Assembly: GCA_035308365.1 (NCBI GenBank)
Contig: DATGGU010000179.1
Location: 3,139 to 35,138 of the forward strand
DNA length: 32,000 nucleotides
Direction of reading: 5' to 3'
Source of the DNA: Streptosporangiaceae bacterium
GTDB taxonomy: Bacteria > Actinomycetota > Actinomycetes > Streptosporangiales > Streptosporangiaceae
Shown here: positions 1-9,613 of the stretch, one piece after another
Layout: every line of letters begins with the position of its first letter
Numbering within the stretch: the stretch's first letter is position 1
Made by a program: the position numbers and the translations under genes
The notes under the pieces: model-generated
Told to the model about the DNA's origin: nothing
The model's input: only the letters and a program-made list of their open reading frames with translations
Database searches by the model: none

Positions 1-3000
1 ATCAGGGTGTTGTCCAGGGCCAGGTCAAGGCCGTGGTCCTGGGCCTTGGTGTTGCGCCTGGCAGCCCCGGCGGGCAGCTCGGGTACGTGCAGCACCGGGG
101 TGAGGTCGAGCCCGCTGGCCTTCCAGTGCGCGATGGCCTGGGCCGGGTCGAGCAGCTCGGCGTGGCCCACCGCCTCGGCCAGCGTGCGGAAGCCGAGTGC
201 CGCAAGGTACTCGCGGACTTCCTCGGCGATGAACTCGAAGAAGTTGACCACGAACTCCGGCTTGCCGGTGAACCGCTTGCGCAGCTCGGGGTTCTGCGTC
301 GCCACGCCCACCGGGCAGGTGTCCAGGTGGCAGACCCGCATCATCACGCAGCCGGCCACCACCAGCGGCGCGCTGGCGAAGCCGAACTCCTCGGCGCCGA
401 GCAGCGCCGCGATGATCACGTCCCGGCCGGTCTTGAGCTGCCCGTCGGTCTGCACGACGATCCGGTCCCGCAGCCCGTTGAGCAGCAGCGTCTGCTGGGT
501 CTCGGCCAGGCCGAGCTCCCAGGGCACGCCGGCGTGCTTGATGCTGGTCAGCGGGGAGGCGCCGGTGCCGCCGTCGTGACCGGAGATGAGCACCACGTCG
601 GCGTGCGCCTTGGACACTCCGGCCGCGACCGTGCCGACGCCGACCTCGGCGACCAGCTTCACGTGCACCCGGGCTGCCGGGTTGGCGTTCTTCAGGTCGT
701 GGATGAGCTGGGCCAGGTCCTCGATGGAGTAGATGTCGTGGTGTGGCGGCGGCGAGATCAGGCCCACCCCGGGGGTGGAGTACCTGGTCTTGGCGATCCA
801 CGGGTACACCTTGTGCCCGGGTAGCTGGCCGCCCTCGCCCGGCTTGGCGCCCTGGGCCATCTTGATCTGCAGGTCGTCGGCGTTGACCAGGTACTCGCTG
901 GTGACGCCGAACCGGCCGCTGGCGACCTGCTTGACCGCCGACCGGCGCAGGTCGCCGCCGGGGCCGGGCAGGTACCGGTCCGGGTCCTCGCCACCCTCGC
1001 CGGTGTTGGACTTGCCGCCGAGCCGGTTCATGGCGATGGCCAGGGTCTCATGCGCTTCCGCGGAAATCGATCCGTACGACATGGCGCCGGTGGCAAACCG
1101 GCGCACGATGTCCGCCGCCGGCTCGACTTCCTCGATGCGGACCGGCGCGCGATCACCAGGGATTTCATTTCCTGACGGATGGGGGTCGGCGCCGCGGATA
1201 CGCAGGAGTCCGCGCAGGGTCATCAGCCGCGCCGACTGGTCGTCGACCAGCCTGGTGTACTCCTTGAAGATCTCGTAGCGGCGTTCCCTGGTCGCGTGCT
1301 GGAGCTTGAACACGGTCTGCGGGTTGAACAGGTGCGGCTCGCCCTCGCGCCGCCATTGGTACTCACCGCCGGTCTCCAGGCGGCGGTGTGGCAGGCCCGC
1401 GCCGCGCGGCGGGTAGGCCATGGCGTGACGGCGCGCCGTCTCGGCGGCCAGCACGTCGAACCCGACGCCGCCGAGCCGCGAGGTGGTCCCGGCGAAGCAG
1501 GTCTCGATCACCTCGGCGCCCAGGCCGATGGCCTCGAAGATCTGGGCTCCGGTGTAGGAGGCGACGGTGGACACGCCCATCTTGGACATGATCTTGAGCA
1601 GGCCCTTGCCGAGGGCCTTGATCAGGTTGGCGGCAGCCCTGTGCTCGCCGGTGCCACCAAGCTCGCCGCGCCGGGCCAGGTCGCGCACCGTGGCGATGGC
1701 CAGGTACGGGCTGACCGCGGCCGCGCCGAACCCGGCCAGCAGCGCCACGTGGTGGCATTCGCGCACGTCGGCGGCGTCGGTGATGAGGCCGGCCCGGGTC
1801 CGGGTGCGCTCCCTGATCAGGTGGTGGTGCACCGCCCCGGTGAGCAGCAGCGAGGGGATCGGAGCCCAGCCGGGATCCGGCCGCGTGCCGGTCAGCAGGT
1901 GTGCCCGGTCGGACAGCACGATGATCCTGGCCCCGCGGCCGATGGCGGCGGACACCTCGGTGCAGATCCCGGCCAGCCGCGCCCGCAGTTCACCGCCGCC
2001 GCCGGCGACCCGGTACCGGCCGTCCACCACGTGCGCCGCGAACCCGGGCAGATCACCGGCCGCGTTGATGTTGATGATCTTCGACAGCTCGGTGTCGCTG
2101 ATCACCGGATAGGGCATGACGACCTGGCGGCAAGAGGCCGGGCCGGGCTGCAGCAGGTTCTGCTCCGGCCCGGTGACCGTGGCCAGCGAGGTCACCAGCT
2201 CCTCTCTGATGGCGTCCAGGGGCGGGTTGGTGACCTGGGCGAAGAGCTGGGTGAAGTAGTCGAAGATGAGCCTGGGCCGCTCCGACAGGGCGGCCACCGG
2301 GGTGTCGGTGCCCATGGAGCCGATCGGCTCGGCCCCGGTGCGGGCCATCGGCGCCAGCACGACCCGCAGTTCTTCCTCGGTATACCCGGACATCCGCTGC
2401 AGGGTGGCCAGCTCGGACGGCTCCGGGGCCGGCAGCGCCGGCTGGCCGGTGCCGGGCAGGTCGCCGGTGTGCAGCAGCCCGGCGTGCAGCCAGTCGGCAT
2501 AGGGGTGCCGGGCGGCCAGCGCGGACTTGACCTCGGCGTCCTCGATGATGCGGCCCTGGCCGGTGTCGGCCAGGAAGATCCGGCCCGGTTGCAGCCGGCC
2601 CTTGCGCACTACTGTTGCCGGGTCGATGTCGAGCACGCCGACCTCGCTGGCCAGCACGACGAGGCCGTCGCTGGTCACCCAGTACCGGCCCGGGCGCAGC
2701 CCGTTGCGGTCGAGCACGGCGCCGATCACCGTGCCGTCGGTGAACGCCACGCAGGCCGGGCCGTCCCAGGGTTCCATCAGTGAGGCGTGGAACCGGTAGA
2801 AGGCGCACAGCGCCGGGTCCAGGCTGACGTGGTTCTCCCAGGCCTGCGGGAGCATCATGAGCACGGCCTCGGGCAGCGAGCGGCCGCCGGCCAGGTGCAG
2901 CAGCTCCAGGCAGGCGTCGAAGCTGGCCGAGTCGCTCTCGTCCTCGCGCAGCACCGGGAACAGCCGGTCCAGGCCGCGCCCGTCGGCCGCGTCCGGGATG

Positions 3001-3875
3001 AGCTCGGTGGCCAGCATGGACTCGCGGGCGCGCATCCAGTTGCGGTTGCCCCGGATCGTATTGATCTCGCCGTTGTGCGCGATGAACCGGTAGGGGTGGG
3101 CCAGCGGCCAGGACGGGAACGTGTTGGTGGAGAACCGGGAGTGGACCAGGGCCAGCGCGCTGGTGTACCGGGGGTCGGAAAGGTCGGTGTAGAAGGCCTC
3201 GAGCTGGGTGGCGGTGAGCATCCCCTTGTACACGATCGTGCGCGAGGACAGGCTGGCGAAGTAGCTGCCGGTCTCGTGCTCGGCCCGCTTGCGCAGGCAG
3301 AACGCGAGCCGGTCCAGGTCCAGCCCGCGCTGGCCCTGGGTGCCGGCCACGAAGAGCTGGCTGAGCGTGGGCAGCACGGCCCGCGCGCCGTGGCCGCAGG
3401 CGGCCCGGTCGTGCGGCACGGCCCGCCAGCCGAGCACGCGCAGCCCCTCCTGGGCGGCGATGGCCTCAACCGCCGCCATCGCGGCGGCGCTCTCGTCCGC
3501 GCCGGGCGGCAGGAACGCGATGCCGGCCGCATAGGCGTCCCGCTGCGGCAGGGCGAACCCGCAGACGGCCCGAAGCAGCGCGTCCGGCACCTGGGTCAAG
3601 ATGCCCGCGCCGTCGCCGGTGTCCGGATCGCTGCCCTTGGCGCCGCGGTGGTCGAGGTTGCGCAGCACGGTGAGGCTCCTGGCCACGGTGTTGTGGCTGC
3701 GCCGTCCGGTCAGGTCGGCCACGAACCCCACGCCGCAGGCGTCGTGCTCGAACCGGCTGTCATACAGCCCCTGACGGGCCGGGCCGGCCGGGCCGGCCAG
3801 GAAAGAAGGTGTGCGGTACCCAGATGCGTCGGCAGTTGCCAAAATCTCTGCTCCTGTCGTCTCGTCTGCGTTCAT
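1..3875 (-). CDS. gltB: glutamate synthase large subunit (partial; 3' end runs off the left edge)
   Basis: Absent from the ORF track because there is no stop in the window. My translation of the minus strand gives the N-terminus [55 protein letters not shown]. Downstream motifs are [15 protein letters not shown] (about 985-1030), [21 protein letters not shown] (about 690-760) and [16 protein letters not shown] (about 300-345), all typical of GltB. ATG 3875 is the first start codon after an in-frame TAA. Confidence 0.9.
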   Translation of the reverse strand, partial: MNADETTGAEILATADASGYRTPSFLAGPAGPARQGLYDSRFEHDACGVGFVADLTGRRSHNTVARSLTVLRNLDHRGAKGSDPDTGDGAGILTQVPDALLRAVCGFALPQRDAYAAGIAFLPPGADESAAAMAAVEAIAAQEGLRVLGWRAVPHDRAACGHGARAVLPTLSQLFVAGTQGQRGLDLDRLAFCLRKRAEHETGSYFASLSSRTIVYKGMLTATQLEAFYTDLSDPRYTSALALVHSRFSTNTFPSWPLAHPYRFIAHNGEINTIRGNRNWMRARESMLATELIPDAADGRGLDRLFPVLREDESDSASFDACLELLHLAGGRSLPEAVLMMLPQAWENHVSLDPALCAFYRFHASLMEPWDGPACVAFTDGTVIGAVLDRNGLRPGRYWVTSDGLVVLASEVGVLDIDPATVVRKGRLQPGRIFLADTGQGRIIEDAEVKSALAARHPYADWLHAGLLHTGDLPGTGQPALPAPEPSELATLQRMSGYTEEELRVVLAPMARTGAEPIGSMGTDTPVAALSERPRLIFDYFTQLFAQVTNPPLDAIREELVTSLATVTGPEQNLLQPGPASCRQVVMPYPVISDTELSKIININAAGDLPGFAAHVVDGRYRVAGGGGELRARLAGICTEVSAAIGRGARIIVLSDRAHLLTGTRPDPGWAPIPSLLLTGAVHHHLIRERTRTRAGLITDAADVRECHHVALLAGFGAAAVSPYLAIATVRDLARRGELGGTGEHRAAANLIKALGKGLLKIMSKMGVSTVASYTGAQIFEAIGLGAEVIETCFAGTTSRLGGVGFDVLAAETARRHAMAYPPRGAGLPHRRLETGGEYQWRREGEPHLFNPQTVFKLQHATRERRYEIFKEYTRLVDDQSARLMTLRGLLRIRGADPHPSGNEIPGDRAPVRIEEVEPAADIVRRFATGAMSYGSISAEAHETLAIAMNRLGGKSNTGEGGEDPDRYLPGPGGDLRRSAVKQVASGRFGVTSEYLVNADDLQIKMAQGAKPGEGGQLPGHKVYPWIAKTRYSTPGVGLISPPPHHDIYSIEDLAQLIHDLKNANPAARVHVKLVAEVGVGTVAAGVSKAHADVVLISGHDGGTGASPLTSIKHAGVPWELGLAETQQTLLLNGLRDRIVVQTDGQLKTGRDVIIAALLGAEEFGFASAPLVVAGCVMMRVCHLDTCPVGVATQNPELRKRFTGKPEFVVNFFEFIAEEVREYLAALGFRTLAEAVGHAELLDPAQAIAHWKASGLDLTPVLHVPELPAGAARRNTKAQDHGLDLALDNTL

Positions 3876-3932
3876 GCCGGCATACGGGACGACATTGGCC
3901 CTGCCACCAACGCCCTCGGGGGTGGCGCCGCT

Positions 3933-3974
3933 GAAACCCGGGGAAGTAACACCCGGACGTTACGGTGAGGTTAC
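3933..3974. promoter_or_regulatory. array of four GTnAC/GAAAC pentamers in the marR-gltB intergenic region (candidate GlnR/OmpR-type direct-repeat site)
   Basis: The plus strand reads GAAAC(3933-3937)-n8-GTAAC(3946-3950)-n8-GTTAC(3959-3963)-n6-GTTAC(3970-3974). The array lies 58-100 nt upstream of the gltB ATG. It resembles the actinomycete GlnR box half-sites gTnAc/GaAAc, but the spacing is only partly canonical. Confidence 0.3.
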
Positions 3975-3983
3975 CCTATTGCT

Positions 3984-4484
3984 TCAATCATGCCCGTGAC
4001 CAGCGGGTGAATAAACACCCGCGGTGGCGCCGGGGTGGACCTCGTCGCGCAGGATCCTGAGCGCGCCGAGCAGGGCGTCGAGCTGATCCGGGCTGAGCAG
4101 GCCGGTGAACCAGCGGTCGATGTCACGCAGGTGGCTGCTCAGCAGCCCGGCCAGCAGCCGGCCGCCTTCGCCGGTGAGCACCGCGTAGGCACCGCGCCGG
4201 TCCGACGGGCAGATCTCGCGGGCGGCCAGGCCGTGGTTCTCCAGCCGGTCCACCACCCGGGTCACCCCGCTGGTGGACAGTGCCGTCTGCACGGCCAGGT
4301 CGGACATGCGCAGCCGCCGGCCGTCGGAGCGGGCCAGCCGGAGCAGCACGTCGAAGTCGGTCAGGGACAGGCCCGCCGCGGTGATCGTGGGCATGACCTT
4401 GGCCTGCAGCCCGGCATAGGTCTCGGCGAGCAGCCCCATGGCGGTCAGCCGGGGGTCGTCGAAGATCGCCGTGTCCGTGGTCAC
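3984..4484 (-). CDS. MarR-family transcriptional regulator
   Basis: 166-aa ORF with a winged-HTH core (LSLTDFDVLLRLARSDGRRLRMSDLAVQTALSTSGVTRVVDRLENHGLAAREICPSDRRGAYAVLT). The GTG start at 4484 follows GGATGGAGGG. The exact start is uncertain, and Met16 is an alternative. Confidence 0.85.
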   Translation of the reverse strand: MTTDTAIFDDPRLTAMGLLAETYAGLQAKVMPTITAAGLSLTDFDVLLRLARSDGRRLRMSDLAVQTALSTSGVTRVVDRLENHGLAAREICPSDRRGAYAVLTGEGGRLLAGLLSSHLRDIDRWFTGLLSPDQLDALLGALRILRDEVHPGATAGVYSPAGHGHD

Positions 4485-4526
4485 CCCTCCATCCTAGCTG
4501 TATTTGACTCGCGGAATACTTGTGCT

Positions 4527-4539
4527 AACAATAATTGTT
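4527..4539. promoter_or_regulatory. 13-bp palindrome AACAAT-A-ATTGTT in the marR/yceI divergent promoter region (candidate MarR operator)
   Basis: Perfect 6-bp arms around a central A. It sits in an unusually AT-rich 100-bp divergent intergenic region and is flanked by the -35-like hexamers TTGACT (4504-4509) and TTGACG (4537-4542). Confidence 0.45.
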
Positions 4540-4586
4540 GACGCAATCATCCGCCCAGCAAGGACTTACTCCGAAGGAGACGTACG

Positions 4587-5171
4587 ATGACCGAGACCGC
4601 CACCGAGAGCACCCGGACCTTCCACAGCCTGACGATCCCGGCGCCGGGCACCTTCGACCTGGACCCGGCGCACACCAGGATCGGGTTCTCCGCCCGGCAC
4701 ATGATGGTCAGCAAGGTGCGCGGCCGGTTCGCCGACTTCACCGGCTCGATCACCGTGGCCGGGGAGCCGCTGGAGTCCACCGCCGAGGCCGTCATCAAGA
4801 CCGCCAGCATCGACACCGGCTCGGCCGACAGGGACCAGCACCTGATCAGCCCGGACTTCCTCGACGTGGAGAAGTTCCCGGAGATCACCTTCACCACGAC
4901 CAAGGTCATCGCCCGGCACGGCGCCGAGTTCACCGTGCTCGGCAACCTCACGATCAAGGACGTCACCCGGCCGGTCGAGCTGAAGCTCGAACTGGAGGGC
5001 GTCGGCAACAGCCCGTGGGGCAAGCAGGTGCTCGGGTACAGCATGACCACCGAGATCGACCGCGAGGACTTCGGCATCACCTGGAACGTCGCCCTGGAGA
5101 CCGGCGGCGTCCTGGTCGGCAAGACCGTCAAGATCGAAATCGAGGGCGAGGCCGTCCGCCGCGACGCCTGA
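4587..5171 (+). CDS. YceI-like (polyisoprenoid-binding) family protein
   Basis: 194-aa ORF. The SD sequence GAAGGAGA lies at 4573-4580. The sequence is typical of the YceI family (FDLDPAHTRIGFSARHMMVSKVRGRF...TASIDTGSADRDQHL...DFLDVEKFPEITF). Confidence 0.85.
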   Translation: MTETATESTRTFHSLTIPAPGTFDLDPAHTRIGFSARHMMVSKVRGRFADFTGSITVAGEPLESTAEAVIKTASIDTGSADRDQHLISPDFLDVEKFPEITFTTTKVIARHGAEFTVLGNLTIKDVTRPVELKLELEGVGNSPWGKQVLGYSMTTEIDREDFGITWNVALETGGVLVGKTVKIEIEGEAVRRDA

Positions 5172-5190
5172 CGCTCACCCCGTCCGCACA

Positions 5191-5262
5191 CCAAGGCGGT
5201 CGAACCGGGTTTCACCCGCCACCTGAGGGGGTCGAACCGGGTTTCGACCGCCTTGGCAGGGA
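5191..5262. repeat. palindromic intergenic repeat, copy 1
   Basis: Sequence: CCAAGGCGGTCGAACCGGGTTTCACCCGCCACCTGAGGGGGTCGAACCGGGTTTCGACCGCCTTGGCAGGGA. The 14-bp perfect inverted arms are 5191-5204 and 5243-5256. There is an internal direct repeat GGTCGAACCGGGTTTC. Confidence 0.9.
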
Positions 5263-5292
5263 GGGGGACGCGTGGTTCACCTCGGCTGCCCG

Positions 5293-5364
5293 GCATGGCG
5301 GTCGAACCGGGTTTCACCCGCCACATGAGGGGGTCGAACCGGGTTTCGACCGCCTTGGCAGGGA
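5293..5364. repeat. palindromic intergenic repeat, copy 2
   Basis: The 68-bp core 5297-5364 is identical to 5195-5262 except for one base (CACCTGAG versus CACATGAG). The offset between copies is exactly 102 bp. The repeat lies between the convergent 3' ends of the yceI-like gene and the 5410-5814 ORF. Confidence 0.9.
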
Positions 5365-5409
5365 ATGGGGCGGGGCTGCTAGCGGAGGGGTGAACGTGCT
5401 GCGGGGGTT

Positions 5410-5814
5410 CTAGGTTTGCGAGCCGGGTAGCTGGCTGGACTCGATGGCGGCGGCGAGCACGGTGGGGTCGCCGGTGCGGATGTAGACCGAGGCGGCCGTG
5501 TCGGTGAACTTGATCACGTGCTCGTCGCCGTTGGCGCAGGCCCGGCCGATGACCTCGGCCACCGGATCGCTGGCCTCCGGCGGGCCGGGAAGCTCCACCG
5601 CCGGCTTGGCCTCGACCGGGGCGGTGGCGGCGGGCATTTCGTCCAGCCGCTTCAGGTAGGCGTCCACCCAGGCGGGTACCGCCTCGGCGCAGCCCCGCCT
5701 GGCCAGCACCCCGGCCGCCATCGGCCCGTGGTTGGACAGGTTGCCGCCCCATTCCGGGCCAGTGCCGTGCAGCCGGATGTAGGCCTCGTCCAGGATCTCG
5801 GTTGCCGTGCTCAC
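5410..5814 (-). CDS. small hypothetical protein; the N-terminus resembles DUF4243/questin-oxidase-like proteins and may be a truncated form
   Basis: 134 aa. The GTG start at 5814 is preceded by GAGGAGG at a 6-nt spacing. Third-codon-position GC is very high, which supports real coding. The N-terminus LDEAYIRLHGTGPEWGGNLSNHGPMAAGVL recalls the DUF4243 N-terminus, although those proteins are normally 350-400 aa. That similarity is from memory and is not a search result. Confidence 0.55.
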   Translation of the reverse strand: MSTATEILDEAYIRLHGTGPEWGGNLSNHGPMAAGVLARRGCAEAVPAWVDAYLKRLDEMPAATAPVEAKPAVELPGPPEASDPVAEVIGRACANGDEHVIKFTDTAASVYIRTGDPTVLAAAIESSQLPGSQT

Positions 5815-5844
5815 GCTCGCCTCCTCAGCAGGATTGGCCCCAGC

Positions 5845-6687
5845 TTAGGAAACCCTGGTGACGCTGCCCGCGACCGCCACCGGCCGCCCGGCGGTGGGGG
5901 CCTTCCTGGTCCGGTAGAGGTACCAGGCAGCGCCGGCGAAGGCCAGCAGGGCGATCCACTCGTTGGTCCGCAGGCCGAGCAGGTGGTGGGAGTAGTCGAT
6001 CCGGACGGTCTGCACGGCGAACATGCCGACCGCGTAGACGGCCAGGTACAGCGCGAACACCCGGTCCCCGCCGAGCGTGAACCGCCGGGCCGCCCAGATC
6101 ACCACGGCGGCCGTCAGCAGGTCCCACAGCGACTGGTACAGGAAGGCCGGCTGGAAGGTCGCGAAGCTCTCGTAGCCGGTCAGCCGGTGCGACGGCCCGA
6201 TCTCCAGCGCCCACGGCAGGGTCGAGGGCCGGCCGTAGAGCTGCTGGTTGAACCAGCTGCTGCAGCTCCCGATGGCCTGGCCGATGGCGATGGCCGGGGC
6301 AGCGGCCCCGGCGACCGGGCCCAGCGGCAGCTTGGCCCGGCGGCAGGCGATCCAGCCGCCCAGGAAGCCGAGGGCCAGCCCGCCGGGCATGCCGAGCCCG
6401 CCGTCCCAGATCTTGAACATGGTGACCCAGTCGTCACGTTTGCCGAAGTAGAGCTGGTAGTCGGTGAGCACGCTGTACAGCCGGGCGCCGATGAGGCCCA
6501 GCGGGACCGCCCAGGCCGCGACGTCGGCCATCACCCCGCGCTGGCCGCCCGCCGCCTGGTACCGCCGGCCGGCCAGCCACACGGCCACGATGACCCCGGC
6601 GACCAGGCACAGCGCGTACGCCCTGACCGGGATTGGGCCGAGCTGCCACACCCCACGAGACGGGCTCGGGATGTACGCGATCGACAT
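5845..6687 (-). CDS. lgt: prolipoprotein diacylglyceryl transferase
   Basis: MSIAYIPSPSRGVWQLGPIPVRAYALCLVAGVIVAVWL... is a typical Lgt N-terminus, and the protein is multi-transmembrane. It occupies the conserved position after trpA. The start is ATG 6687, or GTG 6699. Confidence 0.9.
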   Translation of the reverse strand: MSIAYIPSPSRGVWQLGPIPVRAYALCLVAGVIVAVWLAGRRYQAAGGQRGVMADVAAWAVPLGLIGARLYSVLTDYQLYFGKRDDWVTMFKIWDGGLGMPGGLALGFLGGWIACRRAKLPLGPVAGAAAPAIAIGQAIGSCSSWFNQQLYGRPSTLPWALEIGPSHRLTGYESFATFQPAFLYQSLWDLLTAAVVIWAARRFTLGGDRVFALYLAVYAVGMFAVQTVRIDYSHHLLGLRTNEWIALLAFAGAAWYLYRTRKAPTAGRPVAVAGSVTRVS

Positions 6688-6727
6688 GGTCAGCCACACT
6701 ACCGGTGATCGGCAGCCGGCATCTCCG

Positions 6728-7546
6728 TCACGAAGAGCTGGCGCGCGCCCTGGGCGAGCGGACGCCCGCGGCCAGCTCCGCCGCCAGGCCGGCCACGGCC
6801 GCGACCCCGGCCTGCTGGTCAGGCGCCTCGAGCAGCCGCTGCACGAACGCGGAGCCGACGATCACGCCGTCGGCGTAGCTGCCCACCGTGGCCGCCTGGG
6901 CGCCGTCCCGCACGCCGAGGCCGACCGCGACCGGCAGGGTGGTGACGTTCCTGATCCGGCCGACCAGCGCCGCCGCCTCGTCGCTCACCGCGTCGCGGAC
7001 CCCGGTCACGCCCATCCGCGAGGCCGCGTAGACGAAGCCCCGGCATGCCGAGGCGATGCGCGCGATCCGCTCATCCGGCGAGCTGACCGCGGCCAGGAAC
7101 ACCGCGTCCAGGTCGTGAGCCTGGGCGGCGGCCAGCCACGGGCCGGCCTCCTCCGGGGGCAGGTCCGGAGTGATCAGCCCCGATCCCCCGGCGGCGGCCA
7201 GGTCGGCGGCGAACGCTTCGACTCCGTACCGGTCCACCGGGTTCCAGTAGGTCATCACCAGGACCGGGACCCCGCCCCCGGCGACCACCTCCACCGTGCG
7301 CAGCACGTCGGCCACCCGGACCCCGCCGGTCAGCGCGCGGTGCACCGCCTCCTGGATGACCGGGCCGTCCATCACCGGGTCGGAGTAGGGCAGGCCAAGC
7401 TCCAGGATGTCGGCGCCCGAGCGGGCCATGGCCAGGGCGGCCTCGATGGCGCCGTCCACCGTGGGGTACCCGGCGGGCAGGTAGCCGATGACCGCCGCCC
7501 GGCCCTCGGCCGCCGCCTTCCCGAACGCGGTCCCGGCCGGGCTCAC
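6728..7546 (-). CDS. trpA: tryptophan synthase alpha chain
   Basis: 272 aa with ...[45 protein letters not shown]. The GTG start overlaps the trpB stop as GTGA (7543-7546). Confidence 0.95.
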   Translation of the reverse strand: MSPAGTAFGKAAAEGRAAVIGYLPAGYPTVDGAIEAALAMARSGADILELGLPYSDPVMDGPVIQEAVHRALTGGVRVADVLRTVEVVAGGGVPVLVMTYWNPVDRYGVEAFAADLAAAGGSGLITPDLPPEEAGPWLAAAQAHDLDAVFLAAVSSPDERIARIASACRGFVYAASRMGVTGVRDAVSDEAAALVGRIRNVTTLPVAVGLGVRDGAQAATVGSYADGVIVGSAFVQRLLEAPDQQAGVAAVAGLAAELAAGVRSPRARASSS

Positions 7547-8790
7547 CGGCCGCTCCCGTCGCCGTCACCCGCCAGGCCGAACCAGCGGGCCGCGGTGTCC
7601 ATGTCCTTGTCCCCCCGGCCGGACAGGTTGACCAGCAGCAGGGCGTCCGGGCCGAGCTCGCGGCCCACCTGCAGCGCCCCGGCCAGGGCGTGCGCCGACT
7701 CGAGCGCTGGGATGATCCCCTCGGTCCGGCACAGCAGCGAAAAGGCCGCCATGGTCTGCACGTCGTCGATGGCCCGGTAGCTGGCCCGGCCGGTCTCGTG
7801 CAGCCAGGAGTGCTCGGGGCCGACACCGGGGTAGTCAAGCCCGGCCGAGATCGAATGCGTGGGCAGGGTCTGGCCGTCCTCGTCCTGCAGCAGGTAGGTG
7901 CGCATGCCGTGGATCACCCCGGCCGACCCGGCGACCAGCGTGGCCGAATGCCGCCCGGCCTGCACGCCCTCGCCGCCTGCCTCGCAGCCGATCAGCCGCA
8001 CGTCCTCGTCCGGGATGAACGCGTGGAACGCGCCGATGGCGTTCGAGCCGCCGCCGACGCAGGCGATCACCGCGTCCGGCAGCCGCCCGGTGCGGTCGAG
8101 CACCTGCTGGCGCGCCTCCTGCCCGATGATCCGCTGCAGGTCGCGCACCATCACAGGGAAAGGGTGCGGGCCCATCACCGAGCCGATGCAGTAGTGCGTG
8201 GTCGCGACCGTGGACACCCAGTCACGGAAGGCCTCGTTGATCGCGTCCTTGAGCGTCCGGCTGCCGATGGTGACCGGGACGACCTCGGCGCCGAGCATCC
8301 GCATCCTGGCCACGTTGAGCGCCTGCCGCCGGGTGTCCTCCTCGCCCATGTAGACCACGCAGTCCAGGCCGAGCAGCGCACAGGCGGTGGCGGTCGCCAC
8401 CCCGTGCTGGCCGGCCCCGGTCTCGGCGATCACCCTGGTCTTGCCCATTCGCTTGGTGAGCAGTGCCTGGCCGAGCACGTTGTTGATCTTGTGCGACCCG
8501 GTGTGGGCCAGATCCTCGCGCTTGAGCAGGACCCGGCAGCCGCCGGCCTCGGCGGCGAACCTGGGCGCCTCGGTCAGCGGCGTGGGCCGCCCGGCGTAGT
8601 CGCGCAGCAACCCGGCCAGCCCGGCCTGAAAGGCGGGGTCGGCCTGGGCGCTGGCCCAGGTCTCGGTCAGCTCGGCCAGCGCCGACATCAGCGCCTCGGG
8701 GGCGAACCGCCCCCCGAAGGGCCCGAAGTGCCCGGCCGCGTCGGGCTGGGTCAGCGTGGCCGGCCCGGTTTCCTGGGCACCGTTGCGCAT
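7543..8790 (-). CDS. trpB: tryptophan synthase beta chain
   Basis: 415 aa with [16 protein letters not shown]...[17 protein letters not shown] (PLP lysine context). The start is ATG 8790. Confidence 0.97.
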   Translation of the reverse strand: MRNGAQETGPATLTQPDAAGHFGPFGGRFAPEALMSALAELTETWASAQADPAFQAGLAGLLRDYAGRPTPLTEAPRFAAEAGGCRVLLKREDLAHTGSHKINNVLGQALLTKRMGKTRVIAETGAGQHGVATATACALLGLDCVVYMGEEDTRRQALNVARMRMLGAEVVPVTIGSRTLKDAINEAFRDWVSTVATTHYCIGSVMGPHPFPVMVRDLQRIIGQEARQQVLDRTGRLPDAVIACVGGGSNAIGAFHAFIPDEDVRLIGCEAGGEGVQAGRHSATLVAGSAGVIHGMRTYLLQDEDGQTLPTHSISAGLDYPGVGPEHSWLHETGRASYRAIDDVQTMAAFSLLCRTEGIIPALESAHALAGALQVGRELGPDALLLVNLSGRGDKDMDTAARWFGLAGDGDGSGR

Positions 8791-8803
8791 CTCTGAATCC
8801 TAT

Positions 8804-9613
8804 TTAACGCCGGTCACCGCGCAGTGCCGGATGGGAGCCGGCGGTGACGAGATCGGCCACGGCGGCGCGCGGGTCCTTCCCGGTCACCAGGCTCTCCCCG
8901 ACCAGCACCGCGTCGGCGCCGGCCGCCGCATAGGCCAGCAGGTCGTGCGGGCCGCGCACGCCAGATTCGGCGATCTTGATGATGCCGTCCGGGATGAGCG
9001 GGGCGATCCGGGCGAACGTGCTGCGGTCCACCTCGAGCGTGGCCAGGTCCCTGGCGTTGACCCCGATCACCCTGGCGCCGGCGTCGACGGCCCGGTCCAG
9101 CTCTTCCTCGGTGTGCACCTCGACCAGCGGGAGCAGGCCGATCGACACCGCCCGCTCGACCAGCGAGACGAGCGCGTTCTGCTCCAGCACCGAGACCATC
9201 AGCAGGGCCATGTCGGCGCCGTGGGCGCGTGCCTCCCAGAGCTGGTAGGAGCCGACGATGAAGTCCTTGCGCAGCACGGGCGTCCGCACGGCGCTGCGCA
9301 CCGCGTCCAGATCGGCCAGGCTGCCGCCGAACCGTCTGCCCTCGGTCAGCACACTGATCACCCGTGCACCACCGGCCGCGTAGTCCATGGCGAGTGCGGC
9401 CGGGTCGTCGATCGCCGCCATCCGGCCCCTGGATGGGCTGCCCCGCTTCACCTCGGCGATGACGCACACGTCATCGCCGCTCAGCGCGGCCAGCGCATCT
9501 CGCGGTGACGGCGCACGCCGCGCCATCTCCTTCAGCCGGTCGAGCGCGACCTCCCGCTGCCGCTGCTCGAGGTCGGCGCGGACGCCTTCCAGGATGTCAT
9601 CGAGCACGCTCAC
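8804..9613 (-). CDS. trpC: indole-3-glycerol phosphate synthase
   Basis: 269 aa with [15 protein letters not shown]...[13 protein letters not shown]...LRKDFI. The GTG start overlaps the stop of the upstream response regulator as GTGA (9610-9613). Confidence 0.95.
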   Translation of the reverse strand: MSVLDDILEGVRADLEQRQREVALDRLKEMARRAPSPRDALAALSGDDVCVIAEVKRGSPSRGRMAAIDDPAALAMDYAAGGARVISVLTEGRRFGGSLADLDAVRSAVRTPVLRKDFIVGSYQLWEARAHGADMALLMVSVLEQNALVSLVERAVSIGLLPLVEVHTEEELDRAVDAGARVIGVNARDLATLEVDRSTFARIAPLIPDGIIKIAESGVRGPHDLLAYAAAGADAVLVGESLVTGKDPRAAVADLVTAGSHPALRGDRR

